From: an uncultured Chloroflexia bacterium
Lineage (GTDB): Bacteria > Chloroflexota > Limnocylindria > QHBO01
Direction: 5' to 3'
Length of the DNA stretch: 64,000 nucleotides
Assembly (NCBI GenBank): GCA_963825525.1
Contig: CAWGTN010000002.1
Span: 864,001 to 928,000, forward strand
Under the pieces are notes generated by a model, which had not been told where the DNA came from, ran no database searches, and saw only the letters and a program-made list of their open reading frames with translations. A program made the translations under genes and the position numbers. Of this stretch, positions 50,989-60,364 are shown piece by piece. The stretch's first letter is position 1, and each line of letters starts with the position of its first letter.

Positions 50989-51919
50989 TCAGGAACGCTC
51001 GCCGAAGACGCTGCGCAGCACGAAGAGGACATTGGCCGGTCGCTCGGCCAGCCGCCGCATGAAGTACGGATACCACTCGGTCCCGAACGGAACGTAGATC
51101 CGAAGCCGATAGCCTCGTTCGATGAGCTGCCGCTGAAGGTCGCGCCGCACGCCGTACAGCATCTGGAACTCGAATCGATCGAGGCCGATGCCGCGCTCTC
51201 GGACAAAGGCCGCGACCCGATCGATCATCTCCGGGTCGTGGGTTGCGACCGCCGGGTAGGCATCGGCGCGCAGCAGCTCCTCGCACAGCGAGACAAAGGC
51301 GTCTCCGACCGCGACGCGGTCCTGGTGCGCGATCTCGGGCGGCTCGGCGTAGGCGCCCTTGCAGATCCGGACCCGCACCCCGTCCGCTGCCAGGCGCTCG
51401 ACGTCGCCGGGTGAGCGACGGAGATAGGACTGGATCACCGGACCGACGTCGTGACCGGCAGACCGCAGCCTGGCGACGACCTCGAGGGTTCGATCCGTGT
51501 ATGCCGACCCCTCCATGTCGATCCGGATGAAGGTGCCCACCCGCTTGCCGGCCGCGACCACCGGTGCGAGGACCGTCGACGCACTCGTCAACGCCCAGGT
51601 CGAGCCCCATCTGCGTCAGCTTGATGCTGACGTTGGCATCGAGACCTTCCTGCCCGATGCGTTCGATGGCCGCAACGTACGCCCCCGCGGCCCGATCCGC
51701 CGACGCCCGCCCGTCGACCGATTCCCCCAGGACATCGAGCGTGGCGCTGGCCCCTGATCGGTTGAGCGCTCGGACGGCCCCGATTGCCTGGTCCAGCGTG
51801 GTGCCCGCCACGAACCGCAGCGGCATGCGTCGCAGCAGCGGTGTTCCCAGAGCGATGCGAGCCATCCAGCGCCGGTTGCTGAGCCACAGGAAGAAGGCGC
51901 GGAGCGCGGAGGCGAACAC
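50989..51919 (-). CDS. Monofunctional proline dehydrogenase, apparent frameshift near 51577
   Basis: RFVAG, TLDVLGE, SIKLTQMGL in one frame; RIDME, IQSYL, RICKGAY.EP, ATHD, EFQMLYG, YVPFG..WYPYFMRRLAERPAN in the next. Confidence 0.92.
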
Positions 51920-51975
51920 GGCCGCAGTCTACCGGCCGAACGACACGGGCCGTGTCCGCGAGAGCGCCCGTGGCC

Positions 51976-52245
51976 TCAGCTGGTGAGGAAGAACGCGACG
52001 AGCGCCACGGCCCCGATCACGCCGAGCGCCGCGCCCACCAGGACACGGCGCCGTTCCTCGCCCGTCATTCCCTCGCGAATCGGCGATGAACGGCCGCGAA
52101 CGGCGCGACCGCGCCACGCGAGATAGCGTTCGGCGTTGAGGTCACGCGCGTCCCGGGCCTGTGAGGCGCGCCAGGCGGGCCATCCCACGAGGAATCCAGC
52201 CGCACCGGCCACGAGCGCCACGAGCAACAGGACCAGCGGGAGCAT
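51976..52245 (-). CDS. Small two-TM membrane protein
   Basis: MLPLVLLLVALVAG...NAERYLAWRGRA...VLVGAALGVIGAVALVAFF. Confidence 0.65.
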   Translation of the reverse strand: MLPLVLLLVALVAGAAGFLVGWPAWRASQARDARDLNAERYLAWRGRAVRGRSSPIREGMTGEERRRVLVGAALGVIGAVALVAFFLTS

Positions 52246-52249
52246 CAGC

Positions 52250-52900
52250 TCAGGGCTCCTCCGCTGCCGCCGACACGTACGCTTCCGCCAGCAGGTCATC
52301 GATCGCGCGCTGATCACGATTGCGTCCGAAGTACCAGGCGAGGTACAGCCCGTTCACGGCAGCCCACGCCACGACGGCCGGGACGAAGAAGGTCGACCAC
52401 GGCTCGCCGATGCGGGCGACCGTTGCGTTGGCGACGAGCGTGCCGACCGCGAAGAACGCCGCGCCGGCGATGGTGAAGTGCCAGGTCTCGGCGGCAAGCA
52501 TGGTCAACGGCCGTCGGATGGGCGCCGCCACGATCTTCGGGTCACCTGGAGCGCCGAAGTACACCTCCTCGAGACGGTGAGCGATGAGCACGTCCTTCCC
52601 GAGGCCCGCGTTGATCCGGCGCTCGAGCGCCGCCGCGTAGGTGCGGGCGAAGATCACGTAGCTGAACAGGTACGCCGCGTGGAACCCGACGTACAGGATC
52701 GCGAACGGGAGCAGCAGGGCCGCGGCCTGGGTTGGAGGGAAGAAGGCGGCCACGAACAGCACGCCACTCGCCACGAGTCCGCCGGCCGTGAACCGGAAGA
52801 AGAGCTCGTAATAGCGGAAGATCATGCCGCGCATCCTGCCAAGCTGGGCTTCAAGCAGTCGCAGCTCGTCCCCGGCGAGCGGCCCGGGCGTGGCGATCAC
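52250..52900 (-). CDS. Four-TM hypothetical membrane protein
   Basis: GTGA overlap with pgl stop; hydrophobic helices; FARTYAAALERRIN. Confidence 0.7.
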   Translation of the reverse strand: MIATPGPLAGDELRLLEAQLGRMRGMIFRYYELFFRFTAGGLVASGVLFVAAFFPPTQAAALLLPFAILYVGFHAAYLFSYVIFARTYAAALERRINAGLGKDVLIAHRLEEVYFGAPGDPKIVAAPIRRPLTMLAAETWHFTIAGAAFFAVGTLVANATVARIGEPWSTFFVPAVVAWAAVNGLYLAWYFGRNRDQRAIDDLLAEAYVSAAAEEP

Positions 52901-53625
52901 GACTCGGGACTTCCGGCGGCGGCACGATCGACGATCCATTCCACGGCGTCGCCGGTCACGCGCGCTGCCGGAAGCTCTGCGGATCCTCCTCGGATCTGTT
53001 GCAGCGCGGGCGCCTTGTCGGCGCCGGTCACCGCGAAGATCGTGGCGCGCGCGGCGTTGAGAACGGGGAACGTCAGCGTCATGCGCCATGTCTGCTGCGA
53101 CGGCGCCCAGTTGCCGACCACCCAGCGCTCCGTCTCGTCGAGGGCCTTCGAGTCCGGGAAGAGGCTCGCCGTGTGGCCGTCGGGGCCCATGCCCAGCCAC
53201 ACAAGGTCGAAGGCCGGCACCTCGTCACCGTGCGTCGAGAACGCGAGACGCAGCTCGCTCTCGTAGGACAGCGCGGCCGCGTCGAGATCGGCGGCTTCGG
53301 CGGGCATGCGATGGATTCGATCGGGGCGCACGCCGGGTAGCTGCGAGACCAGCATCCCGTACGCCACGCCGAAGTTCGACTCCGGATGGTCGGGCGGCAC
53401 GCTGCGCTCGTCGCCCCAGAAGAACTCCACCGCGCTCCAGTCGACTGCACCGCGGCGCTCGGGCTCGAGCAGGAGCGGGTAGACCTGCTTCGGCGTCCCC
53501 CCGCCGGAGAGCGCGACCCGGAATACCCCGCGCTCGTCGATGGCAGCGATCGCGGCCGCGATGAAGCGATCGGCGACGGCAATCGCGACCGCCTCGTCAT
53601 CCGCGAGAACCGTGAATCGCGTCAT
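52897..53625 (-). CDS. pgl: 6-phosphogluconolactonase
   Basis: ALSGGGTP, WGDERSVP.DHPESN, LGMGPDGHTASLFP, RMTLT. Confidence 0.97.
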   Translation of the reverse strand: MTRFTVLADDEAVAIAVADRFIAAAIAAIDERGVFRVALSGGGTPKQVYPLLLEPERRGAVDWSAVEFFWGDERSVPPDHPESNFGVAYGMLVSQLPGVRPDRIHRMPAEAADLDAAALSYESELRLAFSTHGDEVPAFDLVWLGMGPDGHTASLFPDSKALDETERWVVGNWAPSQQTWRMTLTFPVLNAARATIFAVTGADKAPALQQIRGGSAELPAARVTGDAVEWIVDRAAAGSPES

Positions 53626-54902
53626 GCCGCCGCCGCCTCGCGGGACGAGGCGAGGAGGATGGCCGCCGCACGCACCGCCGACTCGTAGACCGAATCGGCG
53701 ACATCGAGGGTCAGCTGCGAGCTCAGCAGCTCAGCCTCCGTCGGCGACTCCATCGCCACGCGCCGCAGGAGTGCCGTCATGCCGTCGGCGTTGGTGGCCA
53801 CGATCGCGTCGTCGGCATCGCGGTCGATGATGAACTCGGCGGCACCGGTCTCCCCCAGCGATCGCAGGCGGATGGAGAGGAGGTCGCCGGGGCGGACCGC
53901 ATCGGTCGGCGTCGGCTCCAGGATGAGCTCCACCATCTCGTGACGTCCCTCGAGCTTGAGGCGGAATGCCCCGTCGGACAACGGCTCGAGCGTCCGGTAC
54001 CGTCGCCAACCGAGCCGCGTCGCGATCCAGCCGGCGTACAGCAGCGCCTGGGCCATCGGCGCCGGCACTCCGGGGGCGACCTCTTGATCCTCTTCGTGGC
54101 GGTCGGACGCCGGAGATGGGACGGCATAGCGGATCGCGAGCCGGCTGAGATTCGGCAGGTACCGGCGGAAACGCCGCGAATCGAAGAATTGGGCGGTCAG
54201 CTCCTGCCACCACGCCAGGCGTTCCCAGGAGAGATCACCGACGCCGCTGCGACGGCGCAGGTTGGCCGTACGCCGGAGCCCGACGAGCAGGTCGCCGAAG
54301 TCGGACGAATCGACGATGACCCGGTCGCCCATGTCAACCAGCTGGTCGAAGATCGGATCGTGCCAGGGCGGATCCCCGGGCCACCAGATGTGCGTTGGCA
54401 GATCGTGGATGAGGAGCGGGGCGACGATGCCCGAGAGGTGCTCGGAGGCCTCACCGCGAACCGTCAGCACGACCTCCTCGTAGCAGATCTGGTCCGCCCC
54501 GCCCGCAATCGCGTTGCAGTGCGTGCTGATGCGCCCGTCGATCGGCTTGCCCGCCGCCCCGTGCTCGGGCACGAGAACGATGGCGCGCGATGGGTGGCGG
54601 ACGCCGAGGCCCTCCATGGTGCGGACGACGCGATCGGCGGCCGGTTCGTCCACCACGGTGACGATGAGGTTGAGCACCGATGCACGACCGTGCGGCAGGC
54701 CCTTCTCGGTGACGAGCGGGTCGCCTCCGTCATCCCGGCTCGGCGAGGAATCCCATAGCGACGCGAGGTGGCCGGCAATCGACTGGACACTCGTGCCGCG
54801 CTCCTCCCACAGCGGGCGTGCCAGGCTCTCGGCGTCGCCGAAGCGCATGAGCCGCCGATGCACGGCATGCTCGGGGGTCGGAGATGGCCGGCCGACGCTC
54901 AC
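53622..54902 (-). CDS. opcA: Glucose-6-phosphate dehydrogenase assembly protein OpcA
   Basis: RASVLNLIV, RHPSRAI, PLLIHDLPTHIWWPG, RVIVDS, DLSWERL..WQELTAQFFD; located between zwf and pgl. Confidence 0.92.
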   Translation of the reverse strand: MSVGRPSPTPEHAVHRRLMRFGDAESLARPLWEERGTSVQSIAGHLASLWDSSPSRDDGGDPLVTEKGLPHGRASVLNLIVTVVDEPAADRVVRTMEGLGVRHPSRAIVLVPEHGAAGKPIDGRISTHCNAIAGGADQICYEEVVLTVRGEASEHLSGIVAPLLIHDLPTHIWWPGDPPWHDPIFDQLVDMGDRVIVDSSDFGDLLVGLRRTANLRRRSGVGDLSWERLAWWQELTAQFFDSRRFRRYLPNLSRLAIRYAVPSPASDRHEEDQEVAPGVPAPMAQALLYAGWIATRLGWRRYRTLEPLSDGAFRLKLEGRHEMVELILEPTPTDAVRPGDLLSIRLRSLGETGAAEFIIDRDADDAIVATNADGMTALLRRVAMESPTEAELLSSQLTLDVADSVYESAVRAAAILLASSREAAAA

Positions 54903-56531
54903 GGGCGCCTCCAGGAACGTCCGTCGCGGGCGAGGAGCTCCTCCGCCGCGGGCGGACCCCAGGACCCGGCGCCGTAGAAGTGGAGCGGACCGCCATCTCC
55001 CGCCCGCCAGGCGCTGAGGATGGGGTCGAGGATCTCCCACGCCCGCTCCACCTCGTCGTCGCGCGTGAACAGGCTGGCGTCTCCGACCATCGCGTCGAGC
55101 AGCAGCGTCTCGTACGCGTCCGGCGAATCGACCGCGAAGCTCGAGCCGTAGCGAAAGTCCATGTTGACCGTGCGGATCTGAAGGCCCTGCCCGGGCACCT
55201 TGGCCCCGAAGCGCAGGAGGATGCCCTCGTCGGGCTGAACGCGGATGGCGAGCACGTTCGGCTCGATCTGCGGCACCCCGGCGCGCGCGAAGAGCGCCAA
55301 TGGCGCCTGCTTGAACTGGACGGCGATCTCGGTGACCCGGCTCGGCAGCGCCTTCCCGGTGCGCAGGTAGAAGGGGACGCCGGCCCAGCGCCAGGAGTCG
55401 ATGCCGAGCTTGAGGGCGGCGAACGTCTCGGTATCGGAATCGGGGACGACCTTCTCGTCGTCGCGGTAGCTGACGACCTTCTCGCCCTCCACCCAACCCG
55501 ACACGTACTGGCCGCGGACCGTGTTGGTTGCCACGTCGGCGGGCGACATCGGCTTCACCGCTCGCAGCACCTTGAGCTTCTCGTCACGCAGGTCCTCCGC
55601 GTGGAACTCGACCGGTGGATCCATGGCGAACATGGCCATGAGCTGGAGGGCATGCCCCTGGACGATGTCGCGCAGGGCACCGGTGGCGTCGTAGAACTCC
55701 CCGCGCCCCTCGACGCCGACCGTCTCAGCCACCGTGATCTGAACCGAGTCGATGTAGCGGCGGTTCCAGATCGGCTCGAACAGCCCATTCCCGAACCGGA
55801 AGACGGCCAGGTTCTGGACCGTCTCCTTGCCCAGGTAGTGGTCGATCCGATACACCTGCGTCTCATCGAACACCTCGGCCAGCTCGCGATTCAAGCGTGC
55901 GCGCGCTGCTCAGGTCCGATCCGAACGGCTTCTCCACGATGACGCGGGTCCAGCCGCGCCGAGGACCGCTCCGGCGCCGATCGCCATGTGAGGCGAGTCC
56001 CGCCCGGTCCAGCTGATTGACGATCTCGGGGTACAGGGACGGCGGGACGGCAAGGTAGAAGAGCCGATTGCCCGACGTGCCCCGATCGCGGTCGATCCGG
56101 TCGAGGCGCTTGGCGAGCGCTACATAGGCGGCCGGATCGTCGAAATCCCCCTGGTGATACTCGATGCCCCGCGCAAACGAGTCCCAGATGGCGGGCTTGG
56201 CAGGCTTGTTCCGGCTGAATCGGTTGATCCCACCGAGCAGGTGATCGCGGAACGCATTGTCGTCGAGGTCGCGCCGCGCAAAGCCGACCACCGTGAACTC
56301 CGGGGGCAGAAACCCCCCGAGCAGCGTGTTGTAGAGGGCGGGACCCAGCTTTCGCTCGGTCAGGTCGCCGGTCGCACCGCAGATGACCATGGTGCATGGC
56401 TCGGCCATCCGCTCGAGACGAAGGCCCTCCCGCAGCGGGTTCGGGCCCGGCTGTCGTGGATCGGGCTGCACACGCTGCGCGGAGGGAGGATCACCGGCGA
56501 TCGCCTGCTCGGGCTCGGTGCGGGTCGTCAT
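54899..56531 (-). CDS. zwf: Glucose-6-phosphate 1-dehydrogenase, apparent frameshift near 55894
   Basis: GATGDL, LFYLAVPP, EKPFG in one frame; RIDHYLGKE, RGQY, WAGVPFYLRTGK, DAYE in the next; one extra T in CTT GAA TCG. Confidence 0.95.
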
Positions 56532-56534
56532 CGA

Positions 56535-57455
56535 CTACTCGCGGTCCTTCAGCGCGTGACCGCCGAACTCGTTGCGCAGCGCCGCGAGGACGCGGTCGGC
56601 GTAGGAGTCGGGCTCGCGCCGGCTCCGGAAGCGCTCGATGAGGCTCAGGGTGATGACGGGGGCCGGCACATCGTGATCGATGGCCTCCGCCACCGTCCAG
56701 CGGCCCTCGCCGGAATCGGCCACCCAGCCCTTGATGTTCTCGAGGTCGCTGCCCTCCTTCTCGAAGGCGTCGCCCGCAAGCTCGAGAAGCCACGAGCGGA
56801 TCACGGATCCGTTGTTCCACATCCGCGCCACCGCGGCGAGGTCGAGGTCGTACTCGCCGGCGTGCAGGATGTCGAATCCCTCGCCGTAGGCCTGCATGAG
56901 TCCGTACTCGATGCCGTTGTGGACCATCTTGGTGTAGTGACCCGCTCCGGCGGCACCGCAGTACAGGTAGCCGTTCTCCGGGGCAAGCGTCTTCACCACC
57001 GGCTCGAAGCGGTCGAAGACCTCGCGCTTGCCACCGAGCATGGCGCAGAAGCCGACCTGCAGCCCCCAGACGCCCCCGGAGACGCCCATGTCGAGCCACT
57101 CGATGCCGCGCTCCTCGAGCTCAGCGGCGTGCCGCTTCGAGTCGTGGAACCGGCTGTTCCCGGCGTCGATGATCACGTCCCCGGGTTCCAGGATGCCCGC
57201 AAGCTGGTCGATCATGGCGTCCGTGGCGGCCCCGGACGGAACGCTGATCACGACATGCCGCGGAGCCGGCATCATCTCGAGCAGGCGCTCGATCGGTTCG
57301 GCGACCGCAATGCGACCCTCGTTCTCGGGTTCGCCCGCAATCTCGGCGGCGACCGACTCCGTGCGGTTCCAGGCGACGACGTCGTGCCCGCCCCGCGCCG
57401 CCCGTCGGGCCATTCCGGCCCCCATCCTTCCCAATCCCGCGATTGCGACCTGCAT
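56535..57455 (-). CDS. gnd: Decarboxylating 6-phosphogluconate dehydrogenase (short type)
   Basis: GLGRMG, DAGNS, GVSGGVWG, AGHYTKMVHNGIEYG, DSGEGRWT, LRNEFGGH. Confidence 0.97.
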   Translation of the reverse strand: MQVAIAGLGRMGAGMARRAARGGHDVVAWNRTESVAAEIAGEPENEGRIAVAEPIERLLEMMPAPRHVVISVPSGAATDAMIDQLAGILEPGDVIIDAGNSRFHDSKRHAAELEERGIEWLDMGVSGGVWGLQVGFCAMLGGKREVFDRFEPVVKTLAPENGYLYCGAAGAGHYTKMVHNGIEYGLMQAYGEGFDILHAGEYDLDLAAVARMWNNGSVIRSWLLELAGDAFEKEGSDLENIKGWVADSGEGRWTVAEAIDHDVPAPVITLSLIERFRSRREPDSYADRVLAALRNEFGGHALKDRE

Positions 57456-57463
57456 GCTGTGTG

Positions 57464-59158
57464 TTACCTCGTTGATGTCATCGGGCCGGCTCGCCGACGG
57501 CTGCCAGGATATGCCTCGAGCCGATCAAGCCCGGCATCGAGATCGGTGAGATGAATGCGCATGGCCCGCCGGCCACGTCGCTGGAGAGAGGAGAGATCCC
57601 CGAGCGCCTGCGCGGCGATGAGCGTCCCGAATGACTCCTCCCAACCGGGAATCGGCAGGTCCTTCGACGGCTCGGCGGTGAGCTGGAGGAACACCCCGCT
57701 GTCGGGCCCTCCCTTGTGCATCTGTCCCGTCGAGTGCAGGAAGCGCGGTCCGAATCCGAGCGTCGTGGCAGCGCCGCGCGCGCCTCGGACCTGACCCCGA
57801 ATCCGCTGCAGGCGCTCTTCGATGCCGCGGTCCGAGGGGAGGTAGGCCAGGATGGCGAAGTAGTCGCGTCCAGGTTCGATGAGGCCCAGGAGCTGGCCCA
57901 CGGCCCCATCGACGGTCACCGGCGTATCACCGATGGCCTCGGGGTCCGCGTAGACCGAGATTCCAGGCTCACTGACCAGGGGGCCCGGCTGAGGCAACGA
58001 TCCGCGGCTGCGGTATGCCTCGAGCAGGTCGCGCGTCGCGTCCTTGCTCTCCTGCACGTTCGGCTGGTCGAACGGATCGATGCCCAGGATGATCCCGGCA
58101 ACCGCCGTTGCCACCTCCCAGCGCACGAACTCGGCGCCGATGTCCAGCGGGCTCGAGAGCACGATCTCCTCGTCAGCCAGTGCCTGCAGCTCCGGGGCTG
58201 ACTCATCCGCCAGGCGAACGTGGATGAAGAGCCGATCGTCGCCGTAGGACGACCGGTCGCCGAGCGGCTCGCCCACGATCGGGACGATGCCGCGGCCCGC
58301 CTTGCCGGTGCTCTCGGCGATGAGCTGCTCGGCCCAGTCACCGAACGACGCCAGGCGATCCGAGGTGAGGATCGTCAGCTTGTCACGCCCTGCCAGTGCC
58401 GCCTCGCCGATCAATGCCCCGAGTCGCAGTCCGGGGTTGTCCGCGGCATCGGACGCCCGGCAGGCATCGGCCATTCCGCGCGCTCGGTCGAGGAGCCCGG
58501 CCACATCCACCCCGGCGAGAACAGCGGGCACGAGACCGAACACGGTCAGCGCGGAGTAGCGCCCGCCGACGTCCGGCGGCGCCTCGATGATGCCCCGGAA
58601 CTCCTGCGCACGCGCCAGATCTCCCAGCACCGTTCCCGGATCGGTGATGGCCAGGAAGTCGAGTGCGGGAGCCACTTCGCCCATTGCCGCCTGGTAGGCG
58701 TTCGGCTCGGTGGTGGAACCGGATTTGGAGCTGACGCAGAAGATCGTTCGCTGCTCTTCGGCCCATGAGCGGAAGCCGCGGACCACGTCGGGATGCGTCG
58801 AGTCAAGGATGCGCAGCTCCAGGCCGTCGGCCGAGGCGGCCCCCGTTCCCGCCGGGCCGCCCGCCCACCCGAAGACGCGACTGAACAGCTCGGGGGCGAG
58901 GCTCGATCCACCCATGCCGAGCACCGCGGCCCGGCGATAGCCGTCCTCGCGCACGTCACGCGCGAGGTGCTCGAGCTCGTCGACGCGCGCCGTCATCGCC
59001 TCGGGAAGGTCTAGCCAGCCGAGCCAGGCCGCCACCTCGTGGGCGCTCTTGCCCGATGCCGCCCACAGCGAGCCGTCTCGCGCCCATAGACGATCGGCGA
59101 CTCGGTCGGCCGTCAACGCCGTCAACCGCGACGCGACCGAGGCCTCGAGACCCGTCAT
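57464..59158 (-). CDS. pgi: Glucose-6-phosphate isomerase (possible frameshift in last ~12 codons)
   Basis: LGWL, LGMGGSSL, SSKSGSTTE, VGGRYSAL, EQLIAESTGK, DPFDQPNVQESK, GPRFLHSTGQ.HKGG. Confidence 0.93.
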   Translation of the reverse strand: MTGLEASVASRLTALTADRVADRLWARDGSLWAASGKSAHEVAAWLGWLDLPEAMTARVDELEHLARDVREDGYRRAAVLGMGGSSLAPELFSRVFGWAGGPAGTGAASADGLELRILDSTHPDVVRGFRSWAEEQRTIFCVSSKSGSTTEPNAYQAAMGEVAPALDFLAITDPGTVLGDLARAQEFRGIIEAPPDVGGRYSALTVFGLVPAVLAGVDVAGLLDRARGMADACRASDAADNPGLRLGALIGEAALAGRDKLTILTSDRLASFGDWAEQLIAESTGKAGRGIVPIVGEPLGDRSSYGDDRLFIHVRLADESAPELQALADEEIVLSSPLDIGAEFVRWEVATAVAGIILGIDPFDQPNVQESKDATRDLLEAYRSRGSLPQPGPLVSEPGISVYADPEAIGDTPVTVDGAVGQLLGLIEPGRDYFAILAYLPSDRGIEERLQRIRGQVRGARGAATTLGFGPRFLHSTGQMHKGGPDSGVFLQLTAEPSKDLPIPGWEESFGTLIAAQALGDLSSLQRRGRRAMRIHLTDLDAGLDRLEAYPGSRRRAGPMTSTR

Positions 59159-60345
59159 GCCGGGGCGAGTTCCTTGCGCTTGGACTCGATCGATGCGATC
59201 AGCTCCTCGAAGCTCTTTGCGAACGACGCAACGCCCTCGTCGATGAGCTCGTCGGTCACCTGCTGCATGCTCACGCCCTGGGCCTCGATCTCGCGCAGCG
59301 CCTGCCGGGCGCCGGCGATATCGGTGTCGAGGCGCCGCTCGACGTTCCCGTGGTCCAGGAATGCCTCAATCGTCTCGAGCGGCATGGTGTCGACCGTCTG
59401 GGGGCCGATGAGTTCCTCGACGTACAGGACGTCACGATAGTCGGGGTTCTTGGTGCTGGTGCTGGCCCACAGGCAGCGCTGGACCTGGGCGCCCGTGGCG
59501 CGAAGGTCGGCGAACTCGTTGCCGCCGAAGATTCGCTCGAAGCTGTCGTATGCCAGCCGCGCATTCGCGATGGCCGCCTTGCCACGCGCCTCGAGGGCGC
59601 TCCGAGTCCCGATCTCCGCCAGCATCTTGTCGACCTTGGTGTCGACCCGGCTGACGAAGAAGCTGGCCACGCTGGCCACGCGGCTCAGGTCGCCGCCCTC
59701 TTCATGCCGTCGGCGCAGGCCGGCGATGTAGGCCCTGGCCACGCGCTCGTAGACCTCGACGCTGAACATGAGCGTGACGTTGACGTTGATGCCCTCCGCG
59801 ATGGCGCCCTCGATGGCGGGGATGCCGGCCTCGGTGGCCGGGATCTTGACGAAGATGTTCGGGCGATCGAGCAGCTTCCACAGCTCGCGGGCCCGCGCCA
59901 GCGTGCCCTCGCTGTCATCGGCGAGATCGGGCTCGACCTCGATGCTGGCGAAGCCGTCGGTGCCGTCGGACGCGTCGTACACGCCACGCAGCAGGTCGGC
60001 CGCGTCACCCACATCGCGCACGGCGATCTGCTGGTAGATCGCCTGGGCGTCGTCCCCAGCCTCGATCTCACGCTTGACGAGGTCGTCGTACTGACCGGTG
60101 GCAACGGCCTTGGCGAAGATCGTCGGATTACTCGTCAGCCCGCGGATCCCGTCGCCAACCATCTCGGCCAGGCGACCGCTCTCGATGAGCTCGCGGTCGA
60201 TGAAGTCGATCCACGGGCTCTGGTCCTGCGCGGCGTGCAGCCGCTGGAGCGTGTTCGTCGCGTCCGCGCGTTCGGCAACTTCGGCAGCCTTTCCGTCCTG
60301 GTCGACCGCCTTGTCGCGCTGTCGGTCCTGCTCTGCTCCTGTCAT
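59155..60345 (-). CDS. tal: Transaldolase
   Basis: QSPWID, GLTSNPTIF, VKIPAT, NVTLMFS, ASFFVSRVD, LWASTSTKNP. Confidence 0.97.
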   Translation of the reverse strand: MTGAEQDRQRDKAVDQDGKAAEVAERADATNTLQRLHAAQDQSPWIDFIDRELIESGRLAEMVGDGIRGLTSNPTIFAKAVATGQYDDLVKREIEAGDDAQAIYQQIAVRDVGDAADLLRGVYDASDGTDGFASIEVEPDLADDSEGTLARARELWKLLDRPNIFVKIPATEAGIPAIEGAIAEGINVNVTLMFSVEVYERVARAYIAGLRRRHEEGGDLSRVASVASFFVSRVDTKVDKMLAEIGTRSALEARGKAAIANARLAYDSFERIFGGNEFADLRATGAQVQRCLWASTSTKNPDYRDVLYVEELIGPQTVDTMPLETIEAFLDHGNVERRLDTDIAGARQALREIEAQGVSMQQVTDELIDEGVASFAKSFEELIASIESKRKELAPA

Positions 60346-60364
60346 CTCGGCTTCTCCCATCTCT

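Noticed and set aside
50564-51919. 451-aa proline dehydrogenase fusion protein
   Set aside because: Artefact of the frameshift near 51577 joining the PRODH N-terminus to an unrelated downstream gene through off-frame sequence
55880-55900. Programmed ribosomal frameshift in zwf (and the other split genes)
   Set aside because: No slippery heptamer or shared context; similar isolated insertions occur in unrelated genes
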